From IMG/VR virus record IMGVR_UViG_3300045988_054691, positions 1-42,628 of that record: DNA of 42,628 nucleotides. The stretch is one strand, 5' to 3'. Shown here one piece after another: positions 31,451 through 41,179 of the stretch (the stretch's first letter is position 1; each line of letters begins with the position of its first letter). The translations under genes were made by a program, and so were the position numbers. This DNA is from a virus. The notes below the pieces were generated by a model. That model was not told where the DNA came from and searched no databases. It worked only from the letters and a program-made list of their open reading frames with translations.

Positions 31451-31677
31451 TTACCTATATGACCGTTATATAAGGTCAGAAAGGGGGATAAAAGGAACAT
31501 GAAAGCGTTACACACTCACTTGGTATTGTAGAAAGGTTTGGTGATCCTGATTATCTCCCAACTATGGGTTAAATAGTATTTTAAGGCATCCGCAAGGGTG
31601 TTTTTATTTTGTCCGAAAAAGGCTTATGACGTTTAAACTGCTGCTGAAATGACCCCTGCAACATGGGATATAAACTG

Positions 31678-31707
31678 TTGACCGTTCCCGGTGACACCGG
31701 ATATAAA
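31678..31707 (+). promoter_or_regulatory. candidate promoter for the scaffold and capsid genes
   Basis: TTGACC (31678-31683), an 18-nt spacer containing the palindrome CCGGTGACACCGG, then TATAAA (31702-31707). Confidence 0.4.
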
Positions 31708-31733
31708 AACATGACGGAGAAAGGAAGAAGAAC

Positions 31734-32402
31734 ATGGAATTTTTAAAAGCATTTTTTGGTGATAAAGCTATTACCTATGATGAACTGGTACAGGCAATCA
31801 ATGCCTATAACGGTGATGAAAAGAACAAAGAGAAGCTGATCAAGATGGTCAATCTTACTGATGGCGGTTATGTGTCTAAGGACAAATACACCAATCTTGA
31901 AACTGACCTTTCCGGTAAGACTACAGAACTGACCAAGGCAAACAACCTGATTGAAGAACTGAAAAAGTCAGCCGGGAAAGACGAAGAAACACAGCAGAAA
32001 ATCACTGCATATGAAACAGAGATTGCAGACCTTAAGAAAGAGAATGCAGAACTGAAAACAGAAAATGCATTGAAATTTGCGTTGGTTGCAGCAGGTGCGG
32101 TTGATGTTGATTATCTTGTATTCAAGGCAAAGGAAAAAGGTGAAATCAAACTTGGTGATGATGGAAAAATCAAAGGTGAAGATGATCTGATTTCAGGTCT
32201 TAAAACACAGCATCCTACCATGTTTGAAGCATCCAATGGTAATCAGCAGAGTGGTAGCAGAAAGATTCTTGAAAACAACCTGCCGGGTGGAGATAAAGAC
32301 AAGACAGTTACCAAAGAACAGTTCCTTAAGATGGGTTACAACGAAAGAATGAAACTCAAAGAGGAAAACCCGGAGTTATTCAAACAGTTAAATGTACACT
32401 AA
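31734..32402 (+). CDS. scaffolding protein (Phage_GP20-like)
   Basis: A helical, charged 222-aa protein located directly upstream of the capsid gene. N-terminal ..ITYDELVQAINA........VNLTDGGYVSKDKY is typical of GP20-type scaffold proteins. Confidence 0.7.
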   Translation: MEFLKAFFGDKAITYDELVQAINAYNGDEKNKEKLIKMVNLTDGGYVSKDKYTNLETDLSGKTTELTKANNLIEELKKSAGKDEETQQKITAYETEIADLKKENAELKTENALKFALVAAGAVDVDYLVFKAKEKGEIKLGDDGKIKGEDDLISGLKTQHPTMFEASNGNQQSGSRKILENNLPGGDKDKTVTKEQFLKMGYNERMKLKEENPELFKQLNVH

Positions 32403-32425
32403 GAAAGGTTAAAATGGTGAATTAA

Positions 32426-33448
32426 ATGGCAAGAACAGGAAATTTTGGCGGTTTTGCTTTTGATGAAGAAGTATTTACCGGGATGATGCAGGAAGCCGAC
32501 TATTGGACTACACCAATCATTGCTTCCGGTATCGTGCAGCAGGACAGTTCTATTATGGACTTAATCGGTGAGCATGGAAACGTGGCAACAATTCCAATTT
32601 ATAAACCGATTGACGCAAATGAAAGCGGTATGGAAGCACTGAACAACGATGGTGAAACAAACAACACACCTATTGAAATCAGCGGTGACAAACAGACTTG
32701 TATGCTTATTCAGAGAATGAAAGCATTCAAGGCTAAAGACTTCACAAAGGAATTAACTGGTGCTGACCCTATGACACTGATCAGAAATAAGATTGCAGGT
32801 TATTATGGTCAGGTTTGGGAAAAAGAACTGATGAACATTGCACAGGCAGTATTAGCGGTTGCAGCACTTAGTGATCATGTACTTGATCTTACTAAAGGTA
32901 CTAAGACAAACATTGAAGCAGGTACTATTTACGATGCAGAACAGGCAGCACTTGGTGATATGGCAGGTGGTCTTGGTCTGATGGTTATGCATTCCATGAT
33001 ATTCAAAGAGTACAAGAAAATGGAAATGGTTGACTATGATAAGTATGTTGTCAACGGTGTAATTCAGAAAGAAATTACATTGCCAACTATCGCAGGTAAA
33101 CACGTACTTGTAACTGATAGATTTACAGCTACAGGAACAGGTACAGATGCGGTTTACAGCACATACCTGTTTGGTGAGGGTGCATTTTTATCTTGTGATA
33201 AGAACAACTATGAAAATCAGTATACAACCAATTATGACCCGGAAGCATCCGCAGGTATTGACAAGTTCTATACTAAGCAGGGTAAGGTACTGCATCCGAA
33301 CGGTCTTTCTTTAGCAGTTGATCAGATTGCAAAAGAATCACCGACTTATGCAGAACTTGGTAAGTCTGCAAACTACAGCCTTAAGTTCAATACAAAGAAC
33401 GTTAAGATGGGTCTTATCAAGTCCAAGGTTGGTACAGCAGTTGTCTAA
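32426..33448 (+). CDS. major capsid protein
   Basis: 340 aa, located directly after the scaffold gene. The call rests on position and size; I did not identify the family from the sequence alone. Confidence 0.7.
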   Translation: MARTGNFGGFAFDEEVFTGMMQEADYWTTPIIASGIVQQDSSIMDLIGEHGNVATIPIYKPIDANESGMEALNNDGETNNTPIEISGDKQTCMLIQRMKAFKAKDFTKELTGADPMTLIRNKIAGYYGQVWEKELMNIAQAVLAVAALSDHVLDLTKGTKTNIEAGTIYDAEQAALGDMAGGLGLMVMHSMIFKEYKKMEMVDYDKYVVNGVIQKEITLPTIAGKHVLVTDRFTATGTGTDAVYSTYLFGEGAFLSCDKNNYENQYTTNYDPEASAGIDKFYTKQGKVLHPNGLSLAVDQIAKESPTYAELGKSANYSLKFNTKNVKMGLIKSKVGTAVV

Positions 33449-33462
33449 GAAAGGGTGATCTG

Positions 33463-33987
33463 ATGATATTAGCAGTTGATGATGTAATGAAATTGCCTGA
33501 ATTTGCAATGCAAAATGAAAAGGTAATTGAAGAAAAACTGAACGCTGCTGAACTTATGATCAGAGCATACACAAACAACAATTTTCAGAATCGGTTTGTT
33601 CGGTTCACCGCTGACAGTTTGGGTAACAGACTGCTTGGAACGTCAGATTTTTTGAAAGTAGGTGATACAGTTCAGATTTCTCAGTCAATGGTGAATGATG
33701 GATTGTATAAGATCACTGAACTTGGTGATGATTTCATCAGAGTTGATCAGGAGTTGTACAAAAGTACAAACCTGATCACTAAGGTGGAATACCCTGCTGA
33801 TGTTCGTGCAGGTGTACTTGAATTACTTAAGTGGGACATTAAGAACAGACCGAAAACAGGGGTCAAGTCTGAAACACTGTCAAGATACAGTGTGACTTAC
33901 TTTGATCAAGACGCTAACAATCAAGTTATGGGCTATCCTGTTGCCTTACTTGGATTCTTAAAGCCTTATATAAAGGCTAGATTCTGA
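33463..33987 (+). CDS. head-tail connector protein (gp6/gp15-like)
   Basis: Assigned by its position after the capsid gene and by its N-terminal helical region (..EEKLNAAELMIRAYTNNNF..). Confidence 0.55.
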   Translation: MILAVDDVMKLPEFAMQNEKVIEEKLNAAELMIRAYTNNNFQNRFVRFTADSLGNRLLGTSDFLKVGDTVQISQSMVNDGLYKITELGDDFIRVDQELYKSTNLITKVEYPADVRAGVLELLKWDIKNRPKTGVKSETLSRYSVTYFDQDANNQVMGYPVALLGFLKPYIKARF

Positions 33988-33991
33988 TTAT

Positions 33992-34408
33992 ATGAGCGTT
34001 GGCGGTAACATTCAAGCATTGTTACAGGTAAAAAAGAATGGTGCTAAAAATGCCATAGGTGAGCGTATAAACACATGGGTTGATTGTACGTCAATTTTAG
34101 GGTGGTTGGATTTATCAACAGGTGATTCAAAGCATACAACTTTTTATGCCAAGGTTCAGGAAAGTACACACATTTTCTTGTGTGACTTTACCAATCTGAA
34201 AAACCTGTCAATTGATTGGGTTTGGAATCCATTCAGTTTTCTGACAGGTGTAATCAGTAAGACGGATGAACAGGAAACCGTTGATGTGACAAGTGACAAT
34301 GCAAGAATGGTTGTGAATGGTAAAGTGTATGAAATCCTTCTGATTGATGACCCTATGAATATGCATGATCATTTAGAAATCTATTTAAGATTTATAGGGG
34401 GTCAGTAG
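33992..34408 (+). CDS. head closure / head-tail adaptor protein
   Basis: Assigned by position and size (138 aa) in the connector gene series. Confidence 0.5.
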   Translation: MSVGGNIQALLQVKKNGAKNAIGERINTWVDCTSILGWLDLSTGDSKHTTFYAKVQESTHIFLCDFTNLKNLSIDWVWNPFSFLTGVISKTDEQETVDVTSDNARMVVNGKVYEILLIDDPMNMHDHLEIYLRFIGGQ

Positions 34409-34409
34409 T

Positions 34410-34832
34410 ATGTCAGTTGAATTTACAGATAACACAGCAAAAATTAAAGCTGCATTATCGGAAGGGGTTATTGGATTCCTTCACGAAGCAGGTGGTGAAA
34501 TACAGACACAGACCCAAAGAAACAGCAGGGTTGATACCGGACAAACAAAGGGGTCTTACAAATATATGGTTGATGAAGGAAAAGATGAATCAACTGTTGC
34601 TGTAGGTTCAGACCTTGAAAATGCGATTTGGGAAGAATTTGGTACTGGTGAATATGCACTGCATGGTGATGGAAGAAAAGGCGGTTGGGTTTATAAGAGT
34701 AAGAAAGACGGTAAATTTTACCATACTTACGGAAAAACACCACGACAACCACTCACGAAAGCATTTCAGAGTGTAGCCCCAAAGATAAAGAAACAGCTTG
34801 TAAATGTCATTAAACAGAATTTAGGGGGTTAA
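34410..34832 (+). CDS. HK97 gp10-family tail-component protein
   Basis: ..QTQTQRNSRVDTGQTKGSYKY.. matches the VDTG motif region of the gp10 family. Its position in the connector series fits. Confidence 0.6.
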   Translation: MSVEFTDNTAKIKAALSEGVIGFLHEAGGEIQTQTQRNSRVDTGQTKGSYKYMVDEGKDESTVAVGSDLENAIWEEFGTGEYALHGDGRKGGWVYKSKKDGKFYHTYGKTPRQPLTKAFQSVAPKIKKQLVNVIKQNLGG

Positions 34833-34834
34833 TT

Positions 34835-35200
34835 ATGGTTGATATGCTTGGTTTTATTTCTGATCAGCTTGATCAACTTGGTATTCCCTATGAATTTGGT
34901 GAATGGACAGGTGAAATTAGCTATCCTTACTTTGTCGGTTCGTTCAATGAAACTGAACACAGATTAGAGGACGGATATACAGGCGGTGTGTTTACACTTG
35001 ACGGTTGGTCAAGGGGGTCAAAATTACCGCTTGCAGAAATAAATGACAAATTAAAAAAAGTATTTGAAGATTTAAGGGCAGTTCAGGAAGGAACTGCTTT
35101 TTTTATTACCTATTGGAACGGTTTAATGATTCCAACAGGTGAAGAAGATCTTTTTAGAATTACGATAACACTTAATACAAATGAGTGGAAAGGAGCATAA
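34835..35200 (+). CDS. tail completion / tail terminator-like protein
   Basis: Assigned by its position immediately upstream of the major tail gene. 121 aa. Confidence 0.45.
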   Translation: MVDMLGFISDQLDQLGIPYEFGEWTGEISYPYFVGSFNETEHRLEDGYTGGVFTLDGWSRGSKLPLAEINDKLKKVFEDLRAVQEGTAFFITYWNGLMIPTGEEDLFRITITLNTNEWKGA

Positions 35201-35204
35201 AAGA

Positions 35205-35789
35205 ATGGGCTTAAAAAAGCATGGTATTACATCTGAAACTATCAAGAATATGATCTTGGGTGCAGGTGTCATTTACAAAAATCTTAAGTATGAGAAACCA
35301 AGCAATGGTTGGACTGGTACACCACTTGGTGCAACTTCCGGGGGTCTTAAGTTCAACTATGAGGTACAGTGGCTTGATGTTGAGGTGGACGGTGCAACGG
35401 TGCTGATCAAAGGTGTCAGTAAACAGAAGGTTGGTGAATCTGCCACACTTGAAGGTCAGATGACAGAACTTACAGAAGATATTCTTGTAAGTGCATTACA
35501 CCTTGTAAAATCCACTTCCGAAGATACAACCTATGTCAAATATGTATCTAAGGAAAACATCACAGAAGCAGATTATCTTGAAAATGTTGCATATGTTGGA
35601 ACACTTTCAAGCGGTAAAAATGTAATTATTATTTTACCGAACGCACTCTGTACAGAAGCATTTGAACTGGAAACAAAGAACGCTGAACAGACAACATTTG
35701 CTGTCAAATTTGAGTGTACAGCTGATCTTGAAAATGACAGCTTAAACAAGTTGGATATTGCTATTTACTATCCAAACGCTGTTGTGTAG
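35205..35789 (+). CDS. major tail protein
   Basis: I chose the ATG at 35205 with AAAGGAG at 35190-35196. The 194-aa protein precedes the chaperone and tape-measure genes. Confidence 0.65.
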   Translation: MGLKKHGITSETIKNMILGAGVIYKNLKYEKPSNGWTGTPLGATSGGLKFNYEVQWLDVEVDGATVLIKGVSKQKVGESATLEGQMTELTEDILVSALHLVKSTSEDTTYVKYVSKENITEADYLENVAYVGTLSSGKNVIIILPNALCTEAFELETKNAEQTTFAVKFECTADLENDSLNKLDIAIYYPNAVV

Positions 35790-35800
35790 GGGGGTGAATT

Positions 35801-36118
35801 ATGCGAGTTGTAGTAGTAAGAGAATATACAGACAAGTACACAGGTGAAGGTCATGTGATTGGTGAAAAACTGGATATGACAGAAGAAAGATTTGCAGAAA
35901 TTCAGGACAAAGGAATGTTTGTGGTTGATATTTCTGATGAAGTAGTGCAGCAGGAAACACCTGCTGTATCTGCTGAACAGGTAGAAGATCAGGAACAAGA
36001 AACAGTAAGTGAACAGACTGAACCTGTTGAACATGAAGAAACACCTACACCAAAACAGGATAAACCTGCAAGGGGTGGTAGAAGAAACAGAGCGAAAAAA
36101 GAAAGTGAGGATAAATAA
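35801..36118 (+). CDS. hypothetical acidic protein with a basic tail
   Basis: GGGGGGTG RBS. It has a Glu/Gln-rich middle and a C-terminal ..KPARGGRRNRAKKESEDK. Function unknown. Confidence 0.5.
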   Translation: MRVVVVREYTDKYTGEGHVIGEKLDMTEERFAEIQDKGMFVVDISDEVVQQETPAVSAEQVEDQEQETVSEQTEPVEHEETPTPKQDKPARGGRRNRAKKESEDK

Positions 36119-36120
36119 TC

Positions 36121-36567
36121 ATGGCAGATTTCAGATTTAAGGATTTAACAGTTGATAACGCATTTGACTTTTGTGAGGTTCTTGCAGTTATCGGAGTAGA
36201 ACAGGTTATTGGTGCATTTGACAAAGACGAAATTCAGCAGTTGCGGGAATCCGGTACAGATATGAAAGAAGTTGGTATTGTCATTGCCATGAAGGTATGT
36301 GGCATTCTGATCAAGAACATTTCCAAGGCAAGAAATGAAATCTGTAAGTTTTTTGCTAACTGTATGGAGTGGGACAACGGTACAGCGGTTACTGCTGATG
36401 ACGTGAAGAAATTCAAGCTGAAACAGTTTGTTGTCATGGTAAAAGATTTTGCTAAGAAAGATGATCTTATGGATTTTTTCGAGGGTGTTGCCGAATTAGT
36501 GGGTACGGAACAGAACGATTCGATGAGTGCTGCAACCGTAGATACGGTAACCCCTACAGCTATTTAA
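36121..36567 (+). CDS. tail assembly chaperone (gpG analog)
   Basis: 148-aa acidic protein directly upstream of the tape-measure gene. It contains a slippery heptamer, and an ORF in the -1 frame overlaps its end. Confidence 0.65.
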   Translation: MADFRFKDLTVDNAFDFCEVLAVIGVEQVIGAFDKDEIQQLRESGTDMKEVGIVIAMKVCGILIKNISKARNEICKFFANCMEWDNGTAVTADDVKKFKLKQFVVMVKDFAKKDDLMDFFEGVAELVGTEQNDSMSAATVDTVTPTAI

Positions 36568-36854
36568 ATAAAGCAATCAGCCGGGGAAAATTAGACGATA
36601 CTGTTAGAACAGTTCTGAAACAGGACAATGAAGATAAACAGTGGGACTTATACTGTGCAATCACAGCAAACCCACTTGCTGATGATGTTGGAAATTTTGA
36701 AGAATTTAAACAGCGGTTTATGAGTACAGCACCGAAAGTTGAAAAGATTGAACAAACTGAACCGACAATGAACAATGCACAGATTAAGTTACAGGTGGAA
36801 AAAGCAAATAAAATTCTGAATGGATTCGTGCCACCGTTGAAAGGGGGTGGCTAA
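36121..36854 (+). CDS. tail assembly chaperone, -1 frameshift product (gpGT analog)
   Basis: T TTT TTC lies at 36474-36480 in the X XXY YYZ register. The -1 frame is open from 36465 to the TAA at 36852-36854 and has no plausible start of its own. It ends 3 nt before the tape-measure start. Confidence 0.5.
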
Positions 36855-36857
36855 TCG

Positions 36858-39395
36858 TTGGATATTTTTTCGTTGGTCGGAAAAATAACGATCAATTACG
36901 CTGATGCAGTGAACAACATTGAAAAGGTTTCAAAGTCTGCAAAGGACACCGCTGAAACACTGGAAAATGTTGACAAAAAGGCAGATAGTGCAGGTGACTC
37001 AGTAGAAGATGCCGGACAAGCTGCCAAGAATGCAGACAGTGGATTTACGACATGGAAAGCCACGCTTGCTAATTTAGCATCTACAGCAATCACAAAAGTA
37101 ATTTCAGGATGTACACAGTTAGCTGAAAAAATGGCAGATGTGACAAAATCAGCGGTTGGTCACTATGCTGAATATGAACAGTTGGTTGGTGGGGTTGAAA
37201 CACTATTCAAAGACAGTTCCGGTAAACTGATTGATTATGCTGAAAAGGCATATAAGACAGCAGGAATGAGTTCAAATCAGTACATGAATACAGCAACGTC
37301 ATTTGCTGCTTCACTGATTCAGGGTCTTGGTGGTGATACTGCAAAAGCGGTTGAACTGACCAACCTTGCTATCACAGATATGTCAGATAACGCTAACAAG
37401 ATGGGTACTGACATAGGTTCTATACAGGACGCTTATCAGGGTTTTGCGAAGCAGAATTATACCATGCTGGATAACCTCAAGTTAGGATATGGTGGTACAC
37501 AATCGGAGATGATTCGACTAATCAATGACTCCGGTGTACTTGGTGAAAAGATTGAAAGTTTGGATAACGTAACGTTTGACCAAATGATTGAAGCTATTCA
37601 CAAGATTCAGGACAACTTAGGTATAACCGGAACAACAGCACTTGAAGCAGGTACGACAATATCAGGTTCATGGAGTTCAGTACAGGCATTGTTTGAAAAT
37701 ATCATGACAAAAGTAGGCTCGAAACTTGCACCTACTGTTATGGGATTTTTACAGCAATTGTCAGACTGGATGGAAACAATAGATTGGAATGCGTTTGCAA
37801 CATCTGTCGGTGATGCCCTACAAAGGGTATTTGACTGGATTCAAAAAATTGATTTTACAACATTCTTTGAAAAAGGAATGGACGGTGTTGAAAACTTCCT
37901 TGAAAAACTAGGTGGTCTTATTGAAGATGTGCCTAAGATTATTCAAACGTTCAAGGATTGGTCACCACTGATAGCCGGAGTTGCTGCCGGGTTCGTAACC
38001 TTAAAGGTTGCAATGGCAATATCATCATTGATTAGTGCCATGACAACAGCATGGACAGCATACAAAACAGCAAACGAAGGTGCTACTATTGCACAGTGGC
38101 TTTTCAATGCTGCATTAAATGCTAACCCTATAGTTCTTATAGTCACGCTTGTGGCAGGGCTTGTGGTTGCACTGATCACATTATGGAATACCAATGATGG
38201 ATTCAGAGAAGCAGTCACAAATGCTTGGGAAAAAATAAAGGAAGTCTTTGGTACGGTTATTGACGCTATCAAAGGCTTTTTTAGTGGATTGGTGGAGAAA
38301 GTACAGACTGCATGGGAATCTGTAAAAGAAACAGTAACCAATGTGTTTACTGCAATAGCTGATACTGTAAGTGCAGTGTGGGAAATAATCAAGAATGTGA
38401 TCACAGTCGGTATCATGCTGATTGGAAGTATTATTGATGCAGCATTCCAGATCATAACACTCCCGTGGCGGTTTATTTGGGAGAATTGCAAGGAATACAT
38501 CATATCGGCATGGAATTACATCAAAGATACAGTATCGTCGGCACTTAACATTATATCAAGTGTGATTAGTGACGCATGGAATACGGTATCAAGTTTCCTG
38601 ACTTATATTTTGAGTAATATCAAGAATAAATTTGTCAGTGATTGGAATGCAATAAAATCTGTTGTATCCAATGTTTTGCTCATGATCAGCTTGACAGTTA
38701 CCAGTGTGATGAACAGTATCTGGTCAGTTGTTTCATCAATACTCAATGTGATTAAATCTGTATTCAGCAGCGCGTGGAATGGAATCAAGTCTGTAGTATC
38801 TAGTGCTGTAAATAACATCAAGTCCGTAGTATCCAGCGGTCTTAATGGTGCAAAATCGACAGTAACTGGTGTATTGAACAGTATCAGGTCCGCATTTTCT
38901 TCTGTGTGGGATGGCTGCAAAAATATAGTTGGTAATGCAATTGGTCATATTAAGTCACTCATGAATTTCTCATGGAGCTTGCCGAGTTTGAAATTACCAC
39001 ATTTCAGTATTTCTGGAAAATTCAGTCTGAATCCTCCGTCTGTACCGAAGCTTGGAATCGAATGGTACAAAAAGGCAATGGACGATGGTATGATCATGAA
39101 TCAGCCGACTATTTTCGGTTATAACGCTAAGTCTAACCAGTTCCTTGCAGGTGGTGAAGCTGGATCTGAAACAGTAGTTGGTACACAGAATCTGATGGAC
39201 ATGATTCAGGAAGCTGTGAATAATGCCGGAAGTGGAGACGGAGATAGTGAAGCAACCCGTGCATTACTGGAAGCAATCTTTAACTGGATGCGAAACGGTG
39301 GATTGTACAAACTGCTGATTGATGTTCTGACGAACGGTGTAGAATTTGAATTTGACAATAGAGAAATTGCAAGGTTGGTGAAAAAGTATGCTTGA
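36858..39395 (+). CDS. tape measure protein
   Basis: 845 aa. TTG start with AAGGGGGTGG upstream. It has a hydrophobic central segment and a C-terminal series of repeats of the type SxxWNxIKSVVSS. Confidence 0.85.
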   Translation: MDIFSLVGKITINYADAVNNIEKVSKSAKDTAETLENVDKKADSAGDSVEDAGQAAKNADSGFTTWKATLANLASTAITKVISGCTQLAEKMADVTKSAVGHYAEYEQLVGGVETLFKDSSGKLIDYAEKAYKTAGMSSNQYMNTATSFAASLIQGLGGDTAKAVELTNLAITDMSDNANKMGTDIGSIQDAYQGFAKQNYTMLDNLKLGYGGTQSEMIRLINDSGVLGEKIESLDNVTFDQMIEAIHKIQDNLGITGTTALEAGTTISGSWSSVQALFENIMTKVGSKLAPTVMGFLQQLSDWMETIDWNAFATSVGDALQRVFDWIQKIDFTTFFEKGMDGVENFLEKLGGLIEDVPKIIQTFKDWSPLIAGVAAGFVTLKVAMAISSLISAMTTAWTAYKTANEGATIAQWLFNAALNANPIVLIVTLVAGLVVALITLWNTNDGFREAVTNAWEKIKEVFGTVIDAIKGFFSGLVEKVQTAWESVKETVTNVFTAIADTVSAVWEIIKNVITVGIMLIGSIIDAAFQIITLPWRFIWENCKEYIISAWNYIKDTVSSALNIISSVISDAWNTVSSFLTYILSNIKNKFVSDWNAIKSVVSNVLLMISLTVTSVMNSIWSVVSSILNVIKSVFSSAWNGIKSVVSSAVNNIKSVVSSGLNGAKSTVTGVLNSIRSAFSSVWDGCKNIVGNAIGHIKSLMNFSWSLPSLKLPHFSISGKFSLNPPSVPKLGIEWYKKAMDDGMIMNQPTIFGYNAKSNQFLAGGEAGSETVVGTQNLMDMIQEAVNNAGSGDGDSEATRALLEAIFNWMRNGGLYKLLIDVLTNGVEFEFDNREIARLVKKYA

Positions 39396-40218
39396 TGTAG
39401 CAAGATACGTGAACCATCTGAACCAAAGTATTGGCTTTGGTTTGGGTGGTATTTTTATTACAGATTCCGAACTTAGGAATTATGAATGGGAATATGATAC
39501 TGATTATGACGAGATTACCAACTTTCATAAAGGTGTCAAAGAGAAAAAAATGAAGATCATTATTTCTGCCGCCACTGAGGAAGAGGGGATTGCAAAAAGA
39601 AATGCTATCTTCCAGATCTTTGAATCTGATATTCTTGCGGAACAGTCAGGAAGATTGTATCAAGATGGCTATTACCTTAATTGCTATATCGTAGCATCGA
39701 AGAAAGCAAAGTGGTATTTGACAAAACGGTATCTGGAGATTGAAGTCACCATTGCAACAGATCAGCCGGACTGGGTACAGGAAAGAGAGTACAATTTCCT
39801 GAAGACAGAAGGCGCGACGATTGAAATGGATAATCTGAAGAAATATCCATACAAATACGGATATTATTATCTGAATCAGGTATCATCTTCCTCGATCAAT
39901 AATGTTAGTATCACGGAATCAGATTTTGTGCTGCGGATATATGGTTCCGTATCAAAACCGCTTGTGAAGATTGGAGACAATACCTATCAGGTTAATATTT
40001 CTTTAAATGCAGGTGAGAGATTGGAGATTGATTCCCGGAGAAAAACGGTTAGATTGGTGCACGCTGACGGGTATACAGAAAATGTTCTCTGGTCAGCCGG
40101 AAAAGAACACTACATCTTTGAGAAAATTGCGTCCGGTACACAGATTATTGCGTGGGACGGTAGCTTTTCATTTGACTTGATCCTCGTTGATAAAAGGAGT
40201 GAACCATTGTGGAAGTAA
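39388..40218 (+). CDS. distal tail protein (Dit-like)
   Basis: 276 aa, directly after and overlapping the tape-measure gene. Confidence 0.6.
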   Translation: MLDVARYVNHLNQSIGFGLGGIFITDSELRNYEWEYDTDYDEITNFHKGVKEKKMKIIISAATEEEGIAKRNAIFQIFESDILAEQSGRLYQDGYYLNCYIVASKKAKWYLTKRYLEIEVTIATDQPDWVQEREYNFLKTEGATIEMDNLKKYPYKYGYYYLNQVSSSSINNVSITESDFVLRIYGSVSKPLVKIGDNTYQVNISLNAGERLEIDSRRKTVRLVHADGYTENVLWSAGKEHYIFEKIASGTQIIAWDGSFSFDLILVDKRSEPLWK

Positions 40219-41177
40219 TGTATACAGACGTAAACAGGCTTCCACAAGGGAGCCTTGAAAAGTATTCGATTGATTTAGAACTCGGAGGTGACAATGACTT
40301 TGAGCTTCAGATGAACGTAAAAAATCATTGCATGAGTGCCGGATGCATCTGGTATGTAAAAGATGAGGAATATGGCGGGATTGTGGATGATGTAAAAGTC
40401 GACACAGAAAAATCCAAAGTATATTATTCCGGAAGAAGTTGGCGTGGCGTTCTGGAAAAGAAAGTGATCAGACCGGACACCGGAAAGGATTACCTTGTGG
40501 TATCCGGAGATGCAAATGATATCCTTGCGTTGCTGATAAAGCGGTGTGATCTGGTAGATCTGTTTGCTGTTCCTGGAACATCTTCCGGAATACAGATAAG
40601 CAGCTATCAATTTCCGAGGTACATTGATGCCTATTCCGGCATTGTAAAAATGTTGACCTCGGTGAGTGCAAAGCTGAAAATTGTCTACAACGACAAGGAT
40701 TCTTGTGTGAATATATCAGCTGTCCCGATCGAAGATCTGTCAGAGAAATATGAGTATTCCGATGACTACGGAATGAAGATCATAATCGAAAAGAAAACCG
40801 GAGGGGTAAATCATCTGATCTGTCTTGGAGCTGGCGAATTGGCAGCCAGAACAGTGATTGATTTGTATGTAGATAAGACAGGAGAGATCAGTGAAAAACA
40901 GTCATATTTTGGAGAATATGAGATTGCAGAAACATATGATTATGGAAATTCTGAATCTGCTGCAGAGCTGAAAGAAAAAGGAATTGAACATCTGAAGGAA
41001 CTGAAAAGTTCGGATTCTGTCTCAGCATCATTCGGTAAATTGGATGTAGATATCGGTGATATTGTTGGTGGAAGAAACCGGGCGACAGGAATTGTTCTGA
41101 AAGAACCGGTTACGCAGGAAATTGTAAAAATAAAAAATGGCATAGAAACTATAACATATAAGGTTGGTGAGGAATAA
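40218..41177 (+). CDS. tail-associated / baseplate protein (Sipho_Gp37-like, Tal position)
   Basis: The ATG overlaps the Dit stop (TAATG). The sequence style (..YYSGRSWRGVLEKKVI.., ..GGVNHLICLGAGELAARTVIDLY..) resembles siphovirus Gp37-like minor structural proteins. Confidence 0.55.
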   Translation: MYTDVNRLPQGSLEKYSIDLELGGDNDFELQMNVKNHCMSAGCIWYVKDEEYGGIVDDVKVDTEKSKVYYSGRSWRGVLEKKVIRPDTGKDYLVVSGDANDILALLIKRCDLVDLFAVPGTSSGIQISSYQFPRYIDAYSGIVKMLTSVSAKLKIVYNDKDSCVNISAVPIEDLSEKYEYSDDYGMKIIIEKKTGGVNHLICLGAGELAARTVIDLYVDKTGEISEKQSYFGEYEIAETYDYGNSESAAELKEKGIEHLKELKSSDSVSASFGKLDVDIGDIVGGRNRATGIVLKEPVTQEIVKIKNGIETITYKVGEE

Positions 41178-41179
41178 CA

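Noticed and set aside
36563-36569. TTTAAAT at the chaperone stop codon as the frameshift site
   Set aside because: It is not in the X XXY YYZ register relative to the chaperone reading frame (codons ATT TAA). The in-register T TTT TTC at 36474-36480 is the better candidate.
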